Shown: piece by piece, positions 61,784 through 64,000 of the stretch | Position numbering within the stretch: position 1 is the first letter of the stretch | How the letters are laid out: each line of letters opens with the position of its first letter | Origin: Thermoanaerobaculia bacterium | Lineage (GTDB): Bacteria; Acidobacteriota; Thermoanaerobaculia; Multivoradales; Multivoraceae | NCBI GenBank assembly: GCA_963664405.1 | Contig: OY761158.1 | Span: 2,624,001-2,688,000 of the forward strand | Direction of reading: 5' to 3' | Length of the DNA stretch: 64,000 bases | The notes under the pieces: generated by a model | What the model was told of the DNA's origin: nothing | The model's input: only the letters and a program-made list of their open reading frames with translations | Database searches by the model: none | Program-made: the position numbers and the translations under genes

Positions 61784-62608
61784 ATGGAGTCCCTCCTCGA
61801 CGCTGCGGTCATCTTGCTGCCAATCGCCTACCTACTGGTAGCGGTGGACTATGGATTCCTGTTCTTCGCCGGCCGCTCGCTGGCTCCTAGAAGCGCGAGC
61901 TTCGGGCTGCGAGGAACCCTTATTCTTCACATCGTCTACCTGGGTTTGCTCACCGCCCACTGGAAGCAGTTCCCGGCCGCAACGGTGCCCCAGGCTCTCT
62001 CGATCGTGGCCTTTGCCATCATTACCGTCTACGCCCTCGTCGAATGGTTCGGCAAGGAGCGCTCGACCGGCTTCTGGATGGTGTCTCTCGCCTTCGTCTT
62101 CACTCTGATCGCTTCCCTGATGTCGGGGGGGCCTCCAGAAGATCGGGAGCTGTTCCACAATCCCTTCTTTTTTGGTCATGCCTCACTTGCACTCCTCGGC
62201 TATGCCGCATTTGCCGTCGCGGCGAGCTACGGCTTTCTCTTTCTTCGCCTCTACCGCGAGCTCAAAGCGGGCCGCTTCTCGCTCTTCTTTGGCAAGCTTC
62301 CACCTCTCGAGGTCCTCGAGCGCATGATGTCCGGTGCCTTGATGGTCGGCTTTGTCGCCCTGACCGGAGCAGTCTGCACCGGCTTCATCTGGGCCCGGGA
62401 CGTGCTCCCAGGGCAATGGCTGAGCGACTCGAAGATCATCGCCACGCTACTCACCTGGGGCCTCTACGCTGCAGCCCTGGTGCTTCGACGTTTGCGTCGC
62501 TGGCAGGGCCGAGAGATGGCTATAGTCAGCCTTGCCGGCTTTGCCGCCGTTTTGTTCTCCTTCTTTGCGGTAAACCTCTGGTTCTCGGACTTTCACTCCT
62601 TTCGCTGA
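61784..62608 (+). CDS. ccsA: Cytochrome c biogenesis protein CcsA/HemX-like
   Basis: About 8 TM segments; LPPLEVLE, W..D.K motif, terminal His; upstream of hemA. Confidence 0.8.
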   Translation: MESLLDAAVILLPIAYLLVAVDYGFLFFAGRSLAPRSASFGLRGTLILHIVYLGLLTAHWKQFPAATVPQALSIVAFAIITVYALVEWFGKERSTGFWMVSLAFVFTLIASLMSGGPPEDRELFHNPFFFGHASLALLGYAAFAVAASYGFLFLRLYRELKAGRFSLFFGKLPPLEVLERMMSGALMVGFVALTGAVCTGFIWARDVLPGQWLSDSKIIATLLTWGLYAAALVLRRLRRWQGREMAIVSLAGFAAVLFSFFAVNLWFSDFHSFR

Positions 62609-62609
62609 G

Positions 62610-63914
62610 ATGCCAGCAACCAAGCAAAGCCAAACGCAAGGTGAGATACCCACGCTGCTCGTCGGCGTCGATCATCACTGCGCGCCTCTCGAGCTGCGCG
62701 AAAGGGTCGCCTACACGTCGGAAAGCGCCGAGGAGGTGCTGGTGCACCTGGTCGCGCAGAGCCATATCGAAGAGGCGCTGCTGCTGTCGACGTGCAACCG
62801 GACCGAGGTCTACCTGCGACATCACGACGAGCAGAAGGCCTTCCAGCGAGGACTCGACCTGGTGTTTCTTGATCGCGCCAAGGAGGTCAAAGAGGAGGGG
62901 CGCTTCTATGTAAAGCACGGCACTGAGGCGGCCCGGCACCTGCTCAGCGTGGCGGCGGGCCTGGAGTCAATGGTGCTCGGCGAGCCCGAGATTCTCGGCC
63001 AGGTCAAGCAGGCGGCGGCGCTCGCCGAAGGCATCGGTACGTCGGGCGTCATTCTCAGACGCCTGGCTCGAAGTGCCGCCACGGCCGGACGCAGGGCTCG
63101 CGGCGAGACTGCCATCGGTGAAGGCGCGGTCTCCTTCGGGTACGCAGCCGTCGACCTCGCTCGGAGTATTTTCGTCAATCTCGAGAGCAACTCGGTCCTG
63201 ATCCTGGGAGCAGGAGAGACCTCGGTAACGGTCGCCAGAAGCCTGATCGAGAAGGGTGCGAGGAAAGTGCAGGTCGCCAACCGCGGCCAGGATCGAGCCG
63301 ACGCCTTCCTTCAGGAGTTTCCACTGGCTAGCGGAGTCGCCTTCGATAGGCGCCTGGAAGCACTGGGAGACGCCGATCTCGTAGTGGCGGCAACGAGCGC
63401 GCCGGAAGCTATCCTCAGAAGAGAGGATGTGGAGCAGAGCTTGCGGCATCGCAAGAACCGACCCTTGCTGATAGTCGACCTCGGGGTGCCGCGTGATGTG
63501 GACCCGGCGGTCGGCAACCTCGCCAACGTCTTCTTGCACGACATCGACTCGTTGGAGCAGCTCATCGAGCGCAATCTCAAGCGGCGGCGCCAAGAGGTAC
63601 CGCGCGTCTCCCAGATCCTCGAGGAAGAGCTCGAGCGCTTACTGATCTGGTACGCAAGCCTCGCTGCCGCTCCCTTGGTCGCGCAACTGCATCGGCGGGC
63701 GGAGGAGATTCGGGCGCGAGAGATCGCCGATCATCACCATCATTTTCCGGAGTCCACACACGAGCATCTCGCCAATCTCACCAGATCCATCGTCCGCAAG
63801 ATCCTGCACCATCCGAGCTCGCAGCTGCGCGAGGCATCCAGCACCGAGAACCTCCATCACCTCGCCGCCCTCAAGGACCTCTTCCGCCTCGACGAGGACG
63901 ACGAAGAGCGCTGA
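62610..63914 (+). CDS. hemA: Glutamyl-tRNA reductase
   Basis: STCNRTE, GLESMVLGEPEILGQVK, GAGE, DLGVPRD. Confidence 0.96.
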   Translation: MPATKQSQTQGEIPTLLVGVDHHCAPLELRERVAYTSESAEEVLVHLVAQSHIEEALLLSTCNRTEVYLRHHDEQKAFQRGLDLVFLDRAKEVKEEGRFYVKHGTEAARHLLSVAAGLESMVLGEPEILGQVKQAAALAEGIGTSGVILRRLARSAATAGRRARGETAIGEGAVSFGYAAVDLARSIFVNLESNSVLILGAGETSVTVARSLIEKGARKVQVANRGQDRADAFLQEFPLASGVAFDRRLEALGDADLVVAATSAPEAILRREDVEQSLRHRKNRPLLIVDLGVPRDVDPAVGNLANVFLHDIDSLEQLIERNLKRRRQEVPRVSQILEEELERLLIWYASLAAAPLVAQLHRRAEEIRAREIADHHHHFPESTHEHLANLTRSIVRKILHHPSSQLREASSTENLHHLAALKDLFRLDEDDEER

Positions 63915-63920
63915 TTCGAG

Positions 63921-64000
63921 ATGCGTCTGCGCCTAGGCACACGCCGCAGCCCACTGGCTCTGGCTCAATCCACCCTCGTCGCCCGCAAGCTGGAAGGTCT
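63921..64000 (+). CDS. hemC: Hydroxymethylbilane synthase, N-terminus (partial)
   Basis: MRLRLGTRRSPLALAQS directly after hemA. Confidence 0.88.
   Translation, partial: MRLRLGTRRSPLALAQSTLVARKLEG

Noticed and set aside
1-64000. CRISPR array or cas genes
   Set aside because: I saw no regularly spaced direct repeats and no Cas motifs; the IS21-like elements carry no guide array that I can see.

Overview
GC-rich bacterial window, probably from an Acidobacteria-like organism (inferred from the Oar-type TonB receptor, an Acidobacteria-style kinase fragment and giant Ig/FG-GAP proteins). (1) 1-7.3 kb: TonB receptor/Tat-NTF2 operon, TetR, a broken PQQ propeller, an SDR and a truncated biotin carboxylase. 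(2) ~7.3-29 kb: a decayed mobile/defence island ending at tRNA-Glu. It holds a phage HNH-terS-terL remnant, a type I R-M system whose hsdS is split by an IS3 element, an IS1380 remnant, a DprA+PRTase pair and an IS1595 fragment. It also holds a nest of two related four-gene IS21-family elements, a non-coding TG..CA element and IS256. (3) 29-35 kb: M16 peptidase and amtB-glnK. (4) 35-45.7 kb: a three-gene secreted locus that looks like a polymorphic toxin system: an Ig-repeat stalk ending in a group-XII-like phospholipase A2, a candidate immunity propeller and a giant LVIVD/FG-GAP partner. (5) 46-60 kb: metabolic genes and fragments, a RIT recombinase remnant and three nested group II introns, one of which has EBS sequences complementary to YADD codons of RT genes. 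(6) tRNA-Lys, purA, ccsA-hemA-hemC. Many single-base frameshifts may be sequencing errors. All calls come from reading the sequence by eye; no database searches were run.
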